From the NCBI GenBank assembly GCA_964016885.1, contig OZ024743.1:234236001-234300000 (forward strand): a DNA stretch of 64,000 bases. Direction: 5' to 3'. Both the position numbers and the translations under genes were made by a program. The stretch is from Eledone cirrhosa. Taxonomy: Eukaryota. The notes under the pieces are model-generated. The model was given only the letters and a program-made list of their open reading frames with translations, was not told where the DNA came from and did not search any database. Positions 24,101 to 36,700 of this stretch are shown here, piece by piece; positions within the stretch are counted from its first letter, which is position 1; every line of letters starts with the position of its first letter.

Positions 24101-27100
24101 GCGTGAATTTCAGCAAGATATCTCCGTAAAATCAATAGTTGTGGCTGTGGAACCAAACCGTGTTAAACGTCAGCAAAGTCCGCCGGCGAATGGTGTGCTT
24201 CGAAGAAAACGAATCCAAAAATGACGATTTGCCGGCGGAGTTACCTTTTCAATCGCGGGCCGGCCGCCCGTGGTCGGATCGATCTGTAATTACTGGTAGA
24301 TGTGCAGACACTCATTGGCTATGGGTGGCGTGAATTTCAGCAAGATATCTCCGTAAAATCAATAGTTGTGGCTGTGGAACCAAACCGTGTTAAACGTCAG
24401 CAAAGTCCGCCGGCGAATGGTGTGCTTCGAAGAAAACGAATCCAAAAATGACGATTTGCCGGCGGAGTTACCTTTTCAATCGCGGGCCGGCCGCCCGTGG
24501 TCGGATCGATCTGTAATTACTGGTACCTGTGCAGACACTCATTGGCTATGGGTGGCGTGAATTTCAGCAAGATATCTCCGTAAAATCAATAGTTGTGGCT
24601 GTGGAACCAAACCGTGTTAAACGTCAACAAAGTCCGCCGGCGAATGGTGTGCTTCGAAGAAAACGAATCCAAAAATGACGATTTGCCGGCGGAGTTACCT
24701 TTTCAATCGCGGGCCGGCCGCCCGTGGTCGGATCGATCTGTAATTACTGGTACATGTGCAGACACTCATTGGCTATGTGTGGCGTGAATTTCAGCAAGAT
24801 ATCTCCGTAAAATCAATAGTTGTGGCTGTGGAACCAAACCGTGTTAAACGTCAGCAAAGTCCGCCGGCGAATGGTGTGCTTCGAAGAAAACGAATCCAAA
24901 AATGACGATTTGCCGGCGGAGTTACCTTTTCAATCGCGGGCCGGCCGCCCGTGGTCGGATCGATCTGTAATTACTGGTAGATGTGCAGACACTCATTGGC
25001 TATGGGTGGCGTGAATTTCAGCAAGATATCTCCGTAAAATCAATAGTTGTGGCTGTGGAACCAAACCGTGTTAAACGTCAGCAAAGTCCGCCGGCGAATG
25101 GTGTGCTTCGAAGAAAACGAATCCAAAAATGACGATTTGCCGGCGGAGTTACCTTTTCAATCGCGGGCCGGCCGCCCGTGGTCGGATCGATCTGTAATTA
25201 CTGGTAGATGTGCAGACACTCATTGGCTATGGGTGGCGTGAATTTCAGCAAGATATCTCCGTAAAATCAATAGTTGTGGCTGTGGAACCAAACCGTGTTA
25301 AACGTCAACAAAGTCCGCCGGCGAATGGTGTGCTTCGAAGAAAACGAATCCAAAAATGACGATTTGCCGGCGGAGTTACCTTTTCTATCGCGGGCCGGCC
25401 GCCCGTGGTCGGATCGATCTGTAATTACTGGTACCTGTGCAGACACTCATTGGCTATGTGTGGCGTGAATTTCAGCAAGATATCTCCGTAAAATCAATAG
25501 TTGTGGCTGTGGAACCAAACCGTGTTAAACGTCAGCAAAGTCCGCCGGCGAATGGTGTGCTTCGAAGAAAACGAATCCAAAAATGACGATTTGCCGGCGG
25601 AGTTACCTTTTCAATCGCGGGCCGGCCGCCCGTGGTCGGATCGATCTGTAATTACTGGTAGATGTGCAGACACTCATTGGCTATGGGTGGCGTGAATTTC
25701 AGCAAGATATCTCCGTAAAATCAATAGTTGTGGCTGTGGAACCAAACCGTGTTAAACGTCAGCAAAGTCCGCCGGCGAATGGTGTGCTTCGAAGAAAACG
25801 AATCCAAAAATGACGATTTGCCGGCGGAGTTACCTTTTCAATCGCGGGCCGGCCGCCCGTGGTCGGATCGATCTGTAATTACTGGTACCTGTGCAGACAC
25901 TCATTGGCTATGGGTGGCGTGAATTTCAGCAAGATATCTCCGTAAAATCAATAGTTGTGGCTGTGGAACCAAACCGTGTTAAACGTCAACAAAGTCCGCC
26001 GGCGAATGGTGTGCTTCGAAGAAAACGAATCCAAAAATGACGATTTGCCGGCGGAGTTACCTTTTCAATCGCGGGCCGGCCGCCCGTGGTCGGATCGATC
26101 TGTAATTACTGGTACATGTGCAGACACTCATTGGCTATGTGTGGCGTGAATTTCAGCAAGATATCTCCGTAAAATCAATAGTTGTGGCTGTGGAACCAAA
26201 CCGTGTTAAACGTCAGCAAAGTCCGCCGGCGAATGGTGTGCTTCGAAGAAAACGAATCCAAAAATGACGATTTGCCGGCGGAGTTACCTTTTCAATCGCG
26301 GGCCGGCCGCCCGTGGTCGGATCGATCTGTAATTACTGGTAGATGTGCAGACACTCATTGGCTATGGGTGGCGTGAATTTCAGCAAGATATCTCCGTAAA
26401 ATCAATAGTTGTGGCTGTGGAACCAAACCGTGTTAAACGTCAGCAAAGTCCGCCGGCGAATGGTGTGCTTCGAAGAAAACGAATCCAAAAATGACGATTT
26501 GCCGGCGGAGTTACCTTTTCAATCGCGGGCCGGCCGCCCGTGGTCGGATCGATCTGTAATTACTGGTACCTGTGCAGACACTCATTGGCTATGGGTGGCG
26601 TGAATTTCAGCAAGATATCTCCGTAAAATCAATAGTTGTGGCTGTGGAACCAAACCGTGTTAAACGTCAACAAAGTCCGCCGGCGAATGGTGTGCTTCGA
26701 AGAAAACGAATCCAAAAATGACGATTTGCCGGCGGAGTTACCTTTTCTATCGCGGGCCGGCCGCCCGTGGTCGGATCGATCTGTAATTACTGGTACATGT
26801 GCAGACACTCATTGGCTATGTGTGGCGTGAATTTCAGCAAGATATCTCCGTAAAATCAATAGTTGTGGCTGTGGAACCAAACCGTGTTAAACGTCAGCAA
26901 AGTCCGCCGGCGAATGGTGTGCTTCGAAGAAAACGAATCCAAAAATGACGATTTGCCGGCGGAGTTACCTTTTCAATCGCGGGCCGGCCGCCCGTGGTCG
27001 GATCGATCTGTAATTACTGGTAGATGTGCAGACACTCATTGGCTATGGGTGGCGTGAATTTCAGCAAGATATCTCCGTAAAATCAATAGTTGTGGCTGTG

Positions 27101-27770
27101 GAACCAAACCGTGTTAAACGTCAGCAAAGTCCGCCGGCGAATGGTGTGCTTCGAAGAAAACGAATCCAAAAATGACGATTTGCCGGCGGAGTTACCTTTT
27201 CAATCGCGGGCCGGCCGCCCGTGGTCGGATCGATCTGTAATTACTGGTACCTGTGCAGACACTCATTGGCTATGGGTGGCGTGAATTTCAGCAAGATATC
27301 TCCGTAAAATCAATAGTTGTGGCTGTGGAACCAAACCGTGTTAAACGTCAACAAAGTCCGCCGGCGAATGGTGTGCTTCGAAGAAAACGAATCCAAAAAT
27401 GACGATTTGCCGGCGGAGTTACCTTTTCAATCGCGGGCCGGCCGCCCGTGGTCGGATCGATCTGTAATTACTGGTACATGTGCAGACACTCATTGGCTAT
27501 GTGTGGCGTGAATTTCAGCAAGATATCTCCGTAAAATCAATAGTTGTGGCTGTGGAACCAAACCGTGTTAAACGTCAGCAAAGTCCGCCGGCGAATGGTG
27601 TGCTTCGAAGAAAACGAATCCAAAAATGACGATTTGCCGGCGGAGTTACCTTTTCAATCGCGGGCCGGCCGCCCGTGGTCGGATCGATCTGTAATTACTG
27701 GTAGATGTGCAGACACTCATTGGCTATGGGTGGCGTGAATTTCAGCAAGATATCTCCGTAAAATCAATAG
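21188..27770. repeat. 6-mer higher-order repeat (1362 bp), consensus L-C-A-B-C-A
   Basis: L monomers start at 21188, 22550, 23912, 25274 and 26636, exactly 1362 bp apart. Confidence 0.85.
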
Positions 27771-30700
27771 TTGTGGCTGTGGAACCAAACCGTGTTAAAC
27801 GTCAGCAAAGTCCGCCGGCGAATGGTGTGCTTCGAAGAAAACGAATCCAAAAATGACGATTTGCCGGCGGAGTTACCTTTTCAATCGCGGGCCGGCCGCC
27901 CGTGGTCGGATCGATCTGTAATTACTGGTACATGTGCAGACACTCATTGGCTATGTGTGGCGTGAATTTCAGCAAGATATCTCCGTAAAATCAATAGTTG
28001 TGGCTGTGGAACCAAACCGTGTTAAACGTCAGCAAAGTCCGCCGGCGAATGGTGTGCTTCGAAGAAAACGAATCCAAAAATGACGATTTGCCGGCGGAGT
28101 TACCTTTTCAATCGCGGGCCGGCCGCCCGTGGTCGGATCGATCTGTAATTACTGGTAGATGTGCAGACACTCATTGGCTATGGGTGGCGTGAATTTCAGC
28201 AAGATATCTCCGTAAAATCAATAGTTGTGGCTGTGGAACCAAACCGTGTTAAACGTCAGCAAAGTCCGCCGGCGAATGGTGTGCTTCGAAGAAAACGAAT
28301 CCAAAAATGACGATTTGCCGGCGGAGTTACCTTTTCAATCGCGGGCCGGCCGCCCGTGGTCGGATCGATCTGTAATTACTGGTACCTGTGCAGACACTCA
28401 TTGGCTATGGGTGGCGTGAATTTCAGCAAGATATCTCCGTAAAATCAATAGTTGTGGCTGTGGAACCAAACCGTGTTAAACGTCAACAAAGTCCGCCGGC
28501 GAATGGTGTGCTTCGAAGAAAACGAATCCAAAAATGACGATTTGCCGGCGGAGTTACCTTTTCTATCGCGGGCCGGCCGCCCGTGGTCGGATCGATCTGT
28601 AATTACTGGTACATGTGCAGACACTCATTGGCTATGTGTGGCGTGAATTTCAGCAAGATATCTCCGTAAAATCAATAGTTGTGGCTGTGGAACCAAACCG
28701 TGTTAAACGTCAGCAAAGTCCGCCGGCGAATGGTGTGCTTCGAAGAAAACGAATCCAAAAATGACGATTTGCCGGCGGAGTTACCTTTTCAATCGCGGGC
28801 CGGCCGCCCGTGGTCGGATCGATCTGTAATTACTGGTAGATGTGCAGACACTCATTGGCTATGGGTGGCGTGAATTTCAGCAAGATATCTCCGTAAAATC
28901 AATAGTTGTGGCTGTGGAACCAAACCGTGTTAAACGTCAGCAAAGTCCGCCGGCGAATGGTGTGCTTCGAAGAAAACGAATCCAAAAATGACGATTTGCC
29001 GGCGGAGTTACCTTTTCAATCGCGGGCCGGCCGCCCGTGGTCGGATCGATCTGTAATTACTGGTACCTGTGCAGACACTCATTGGCTATGGGTGGCGTGA
29101 ATTTCAGCAAGATATCTCCGTAAAATCAATAGTTGTGGCTGTGGAACCAAACCGTGTTAAACGTCAACAAAGTCCGCCGGCGAATGGTGTGCTTCGAAGA
29201 AAACGAATCCAAAAATGACGATTTGCCGGCGGAGTTACCTTTTCAATCGCGGGCCGGCCGCCCGTGGTCGGATCGATCTGTAATTACTGGTACATGTGCA
29301 GACACTCATTGGCTATGTGTGGCGTGAATTTCAGCAAGATATCTCCGTAAAATCAATAGTTGTGGCTGTGGAACCAAACCGTGTTAAACGTCAGCAAAGT
29401 CCGCCGGCGAATGGTGTGCTTCGAAGAAAACGAATCCAAAAATGACGATTTGCCGGCGGAGTTACCTTTTCAATCGCGGGCCGGCCGCCCGTGGTCGGAT
29501 CGATCTGTAATTACTGGTAGATGTGCAGACACTCATTGGCTATGGGTGGCGTGAATTTCAGCAAGATATCTCCGTAAAATCAATAGTTGTGGCTGTGGAA
29601 CCAAACCGTGTTAAACGTCAGCAAAGTCCGCCGGCGAATGGTGTGCTTCGAAGAAAACGAATCCAAAAATGACGATTTGCCGGCGGAGTTACCTTTTCAA
29701 TCGCGGGCCGGCCGCCCGTGGTCGGATCGATCTGTAATTACTGGTACCTGTGCAGACACTCATTGGCTATGGGTGGCGTGAATTTCAGCAAGATATCTCC
29801 GTAAAATCAATAGTTGTGGCTGTGGAACCAAACCGTGTTAAACGTCAACAAAGTCCGCCGGCGAATGGTGTGCTTCGAAGAAAACGAATCCAAAAATGAC
29901 GATTTGCCGGCGGAGTTACCTTTTCAATCGCGGGCCGGCCGCCCGTGGTCGGATCGATCTGTAATTACTGGTACATGTGCAGACACTCATTGGCTATGTG
30001 TGGCGTGAATTTCAGCAAGATATCTCCGTAAAATCAATAGTTGTGGCTGTGGAACCAAACCGTGTTAAACGTCAGCAAAGTCCGCCGGCGAATGGTGTGC
30101 TTCGAAGAAAACGAATCTAAAAAATGACGATTTGCCGGCGGAGTTACCTTTTCAATCGCGGGCCGGCCGCCCGTGGTCGGATCGATCTGTAATTACTGGT
30201 AGATGTGCAGACACTCATTGGCTATGGGTGGCGTGAATTTCAGCAAGATATCTCCGTAAAATCAATAGTTGTGGCTGTGGAACCAAACCGTGTTAAACGT
30301 CAGCAAAGTCCGCCGGCGAATGGTGTGCTTCGAAGAAAACGAATCCAAAAATGACGATTTGCCGGCGGAGTTACCTTTTCAATCGCGGGCCGGCCGCCCG
30401 TGGTCGGATCGATCTGTAATTACTGGTACCTGTGCAGACACTCATTGGCTATGGGTGGCGTGAATTTCAGCAAGATATCTCCGTAAAATCAATAGTTGTG
30501 GCTGTGGAACCAAACCGTGTTAAACGTCAGCAAAGTCCGCCGGCGAATGGTGTGCTTCGAAGAAAACGAATCCAAAAATGACGATTTGCCGGCGGAGTTA
30601 CCTTTTCAATCGCGGCCCGGCCGCCCGTGGTCGGATCGATCTGTAATTACTGGTACATGTGCAGACACTCATTGGCTATGTGTGGCGTGAATTTCAGCAA

Positions 30701-33700
30701 GATATCTCCGTAAAATCAATAGTTGTGGCTGTGGAACCAAACCGTGTTAAACGTCAACAAAGTCCGCCGGCGAATGGTGTGCTTCGAAGAAAACGAATCC
30801 AAAAATGACGATTTGCCGGCGGAGTTACCTTTTCTATCGCGGGCCGGCCGCCCGTGGTCGGATCGATCTGTAATTACTGGTACATGTGCAGACACTCATT
30901 GGCTATGTGTGGCGTGAATTTCAGCAAGATATCTCCGTAAAATCAATAGTTGTGGCTGTGGAACCAAACCGTGTTAAACGTCAGCAAAGTCCGCCGGCGA
31001 ATGGTGTGCTTCGAAGAAAACGAATCCAAAAATGACGATTTGCCGGCGGAGTTACCTTTTCAATCGCGGCCCGGCCGCCCGTGGTCGGATCGATCTGTAA
31101 TTACTGGTACATGTGCAGACACTCATTGGCTATGTGTGGCGTGAATTTCAGCAAGATATCTCCGTAAAATCAATAGTTGTGGCTGTGGAACCAAACCGTG
31201 TTAAACGTCAACAAAGTCCGCCGGCGAATGGTGTGCTTCGAAGAAAACGAATCCAAAAATGACGATTTGCCGGCGGAGTTACCTTTTCAATCGCGGGCCG
31301 GCCGCCCGTGGTCGGATCGATCTGTAATTACTGGTACATGTGCAGACACTCATTGGCTATGTGTGGCGTGAATTTCAGCAAGATATCTCCGTAAAATCAA
31401 TAGTTGTGGCTGTGGAACCAAACCGTGTTAAACGTCAGCAAAGTCCGCCGGCGAATGGTGTGCTTCGAAGAAAACGAATCCAAAAATGACGATTTGCCGG
31501 CGGAGTTACCTTTTCAATCGCGGGCCGGCCGCCCGTGGTCGGATCGATCTGTAATTACTGGTAGATGTGCAGACACTCATTGGCTATGGGTGGCGTGAAT
31601 TTCAGCAAGATATCTCCGTAAAATCAATAGTTGTGGCTGTGGAACCAAACCGTGTTAAACGTCAGCAAAGTCCGCCGGCGAATGGTGTGCTTCGAAGAAA
31701 ACGAATCCAAAAATGACGATTTGCCGGCGGAGTTACCTTTTCAATCGCGGGCCGGCCGCCCGTGGTCGGATCGATCTGTAATTACTGGTACCTGTGCAGA
31801 CACTCATTGGCTATGGGTGGCGTGAATTTCAGCAAGATATCTCCGTAAAATCAATAGTTGTGGCTGTGGAACCAAACCGTGTTAAACGTCAACAAAGTCC
31901 GCCGGCGAATGGTGTGCTTCGAAGAAAACGAATCCAAAAATGACGATTTGCCGGCGGAGTTACCTTTTCAATCGCGGGCCGGCCGCCCGTGGTCGGATCG
32001 ATCTGTAATTACTGGTACATGTGCAGACACTCATTGGCTATGTGTGGCGTGAATTTCAGCAAGATATCTCCGTAAAATCAATAGTTGTGGCTGTGGAACC
32101 AAACCGTGTTAAACGTCAGCAAAGTCCGCCGGCGAATGGTGTGCTTCGAAGAAAACGAATCCAAAAATGACGATTTGCCGGCGGAGTTACCTTTTCAATC
32201 GCGGGCCGGCCGCCCGTGGTCGGATCGATCTGTAATTACTGGTAGATGTGCAGACACTCATTGGCTATGGGTGGCGTGAATTTCAGCAAGATATCTCCGT
32301 AAAATCAATAGTTGTGGCTGTGGAACCAAACCGTGTTAAACGTCAGCAAAGTCCGCCGGCGAATGGTGTGCTTCGAAGAAAACGAATCCAAAAATGACGA
32401 TTTGCCGGCGGAGTTACCTTTTCAATCGCGGGCCGGCCGCCCGTGGTCGGATCGATCTGTAATTACTGGTACCTGTGCAGACACTCATTGGCTATGGGTG
32501 GCGTGAATTTCAGCAAGATATCTCCGTAAAATCAATAGTTGTGGCTGTGGAACCAAACCGTGTTAAACGTCAGCAAAGTCCGCCGGCGAATGGTGTGCTT
32601 CGAAGAAAACGAATCCAAAAATGACGATTTGCCGGCGGAGTTACCTTTTCAATCGCGGCCCGGCCGCCCGTGGTCGGATCGATCTGTAATTACTGGTACA
32701 TGTGCAGACACTCATTGGCTATGTGTGGCGTGAATTTCAGCAAGATATCTCCGTAAAATCAATAGTTGTGGCTGTGGAACCAAACCGTGTTAAACGTCAG
32801 CAAAGTCCGCCGGCGAATGGTGTGCTTCGAAGAAAACGAATCCAAAAATGACGATTTGCCGGCGGAGTTACCTTTTCAATCGCGGGCCGGCCGCCCGTGG
32901 TCGGATCGATCTGTAATTACTGGTAGATGTGCAGACACTCATTGGCTATGGGTGGCGTGAATTTCAGCAAGATATCTCCGTAAAATCAATAGTTGTGGCT
33001 GTGGAACCAAACCGTGTTAAACGTCAACAAAGTCCGCCGGCGAATGGTGTGCTTCGAAGAAAACGAATCCAAAAATGACGATTTGCCGGCGGAGTTACCT
33101 TTTCAATCGCGGGCCGGCCGCCCGTGGTCGGATCGATCTGTAATTACTGGTACATGTGCAGACACTCATTGGCTATGGGTGGCGTGAATTTCAGCAAGAT
33201 ATCTCCGTAAAATCAATAGTTGTGGCTGTGGAACCAAACCGTGTTAAACGTCAACAAAGTCCGCCGGCGAATGGTGTGCTTCGAAGAAAACGAATCCAAA
33301 AATGACGATTTGCCGGCGGAGTTACCTTTTCAATCGCGGGCCGGCCGCCCGTGGTCGGATCGATCTGTAATTACTGGTACATGTGCAGACACTCATTGGC
33401 TATGTGTGGCGTGAATTTCAGCAAGATATCTCCGTAAAATCAATAGTTGTGGCTGTGGAACCAAACCGTGTTAAACGTCAGCAAAGTCCGCCGGCAAATG
33501 GTGTGCTTCGAAGAAAACGAATCCAAAAATGACGATTTGCCGGCGGAGTTACCTTTTCAATCGCGGGCCGGCCGCCCGTGGTCGGATCGATCTGTAATTA
33601 CTGGTACATGTGCAGACACTCATTGGCTATGTGTGGCGTGAATTTCAGCAAGATATCTCCGTAAAATCAATAGTTGTGGCTGTGGAACCAAACCGTGTTA

Positions 33701-36700
33701 AACGTCAGCAAAGTCCGCCGGCGAATGGTGTGCTTCGAAGAAAACGAATCCAAAAATGACGATTTGCCGGCGGAGTTACCTTTTCAATCGCGGCCCGGCC
33801 GCCCGTGGTCGGATCGATCTGTAATTACTGGTACATGTGCAGACACTCATTGGCTATGTGTGGCGTGAATTTCAGCAAGATATCTCCGTAAAATCAATAG
33901 TTGTGGCTGTGGAACCAAACCGTGTTAAACGTCAACAAAGTCCGCCGGCGAATGGTGTGCTTCGAAGAAAACGAATCCAAAAATGACGATTTGCCGGCGG
34001 AGTTACCTTTTCAATCGCGGGCCGGCCGCCCGTGGTCGGATCGATCTGTAATTACTGGTACATGTGCAGACACTCATTGGCTATGTGTGGCGTGAATTTC
34101 AGCAAGATATCTCCGTAAAATCAATAGTTGTGGCTGTGGAACCAAACCGTGTTAAACGTCAGCAAAGTCCGCCGGCGAATGGTGTGCTTCGAAGAAAACG
34201 AATCCAAAAATGACGATTTGCCGGCGGAGTTACTTTTTCAATCGCGGGCCGGCCGCCCGTGGTCGGATCGATCTGTAATTACTGGTAGATGTGCAGACAC
34301 TCATTGGCTATGGGTGGCGTGAATTTCAGCAAGATATCTCCGTAAAATCAATAGTTGTGGCTGTGGAACCAAACCGTGTTAAACGTCAACAAAGTCCGCC
34401 GGCGAATGGTGTGCTTCGAAGAAAACGAATCCAAAAATGACGATTTGCCGGCGGAGTTACCTTTTCAATCGCGGGCCGGCCGCCCGTGGTCGGATCGATC
34501 TGTAATTACTGGTACCTGTGCAGACACTCATTGGCTATGGGTGGCGTGAATTTCAGCAAGATATCTCCGTAAAATCAATAGTTGTGGCTGTGGAACCAAA
34601 CCGTGTTAAACGTCAACAAAGTCCGCCGGCGAATGGTGTGCTTCGAAGAAAACGAATCCAAAAATGACGATTTGCCGGCGGAGTTACCTTTTCAATCGCG
34701 GCCCGGCCGCCCGTGGTCGGATCGATCTGTAATTACTGGTACATGTGCAGACACTCATTGGCTATGTGTGGCGTGAATTTCAGCAAGATATCTCCGTAAA
34801 ATCAATAGTTGTGGCTGTGGAACCAAACCGTGTTAAACGTCAACAAAGTCCGCCGGCGAATGGTGTGCTTCGAAGAAAACGAATCCAAAAATGACGATTT
34901 GCCGGCGGAGTTACCTTTTCAATCGCGGGCCGGCCGCCCGTGGTCGGATCGATCTGTAATTACTGGTACATGTGCAGACACTCATTGGCTATGTGTGGCG
35001 TGAATTTCAGCAAGATATCTCCGTAAAATCAATAGTTGTGGCTGTGGAACCAAACCGTGTTAAACGTCAGCAAAGTCCGCCGGCGAATGGTGTGCTTCGA
35101 AGAAAACGAATCCAAAAATGACGATTTGCCGGCGGAGTTACTTTTTCAATCGCGGGCCGGCCGCCCGTGGTCGGATCGATCTGTAATTACTGGTAGATGT
35201 GCAGACACTCATTGGCTATGGGTGGCGTGAATTTCAGCAAGATATCTCCGTAAAATCAATAGTTGTGGCTGTGGAACCAAACCGTGTTAAACGTCAACAA
35301 AGTCCGCCGGCGAATGGTGTGCTTCGAAGAAAACGAATCCAAAAATGACGATTTGCCGGCGGAGTTACCTTTTCAATCGCGGGCCGGCCGCCCGTGGTCG
35401 GATCGATCTGTAATTACTGGTACCTGTGCAGACACTCATTGGCTATGGGTGGCGTGAATTTCAGCAAGATATCTCCGTAAAATCAATAGTTGTGGCTGTG
35501 GAACCAAACCGTGTTAAACGTCAACAAAGTCCGCCGGCGAATGGTGTGCTTCGAAGAAAACGAATCCAAAAATGACGATTTGCCGGCGGAGTTACCTTTT
35601 CAATCGCGGGCCGGCCGCCCGTGGTCGGATCGATCTGTAATTACTGGTACATGTGCAGACACTCATTGGCTATGTGTGGCGTGAATTTCAGCAAGATATC
35701 TCCGTAAAATCAATAGTTGTGGCTGTGGAACCAAACCGTGTTAAACGTCAGCAAAGTCCGCCGGCAAATGGTGTGCTTCGAAGAAAACGAATCCAAAAAT
35801 GACGATTTGCCGGCGGAGTTACCTTTTCAATCGCGGGCCGGCCGCCCGTGGTCGGATCGATCTGTAATTACTGGTACATGTGCAGACACTCATTGGCTAT
35901 GTGTGGCGTGAATTTCAGCAAGATATCTCCGTAAAATCAATAGTTGTGGCTGTGGAACCAAACCGTGTTAAACGTCAGCAAAGTCCGCCGGCGAATGGTG
36001 TGCTTCGAAGAAAACGAATCCAAAAATGACGATTTGCCGGCGGAGTTACCTTTTCAATCGCGGCCCGGCCGCCCGTGGTCGGATCGATCTGTAATTACTG
36101 GTACATGTGCAGACACTCATTGGCTATGTGTGGCGTGAATTTCAGCAAGATATCTCCGTAAAATCAATAGTTGTGGCTGTGGAACCAAACCGTGTTAAAC
36201 GTCAACAAAGTCCGCCGGCGAATGGTGTGCTTCGAAGAAAACGAATCCAAAAATGACGATTTGCCGGCGGAGTTACCTTTTCAATCGCGGGCCGGCCGCC
36301 CGTGGTCGGATCGATCTGTAATTACTGGTACATGTGCAGACACTCATTGGCTATGTGTGGCGTGAATTTCAGCAAGATATCTCCGTAAAATCAATAGTTG
36401 TGGCTGTGGAACCAAACCGTGTTAAACGTCAGCAAAGTCCGCCGGCGAATGGTGTGCTTCGAAGAAAACGAATCAAAAAATGACGATTTGCCGGCGGAGT
36501 TACTTTTTCAATCGCGGGCCGGCCGCCCGTGGTCGGATCGATCTGTAATTACTGGTAGATGTGCAGACACTCATTGGCTATGGGTGGCGTGAATTTCAGC
36601 AAGATATCTCCGTAAAATCAATAGTTGTGGCTGTGGAACCAAACCGTGTTAAACGTCAGCAAAGTCCGCCGGCGAATGGTGTGCTTCGAAGAAAACGAAT

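Larger units (their letters stand above)
1..32992. repeat. Left sub-array dominated by a B-C-A trimer (681 bp) higher-order repeat
   Basis: Monomer order begins A B C A B C A P L P B C A. AGAT and S-linked ACCT alleles are frequent, and the L allele occurs only here (last copy at 30723). Confidence 0.85.
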
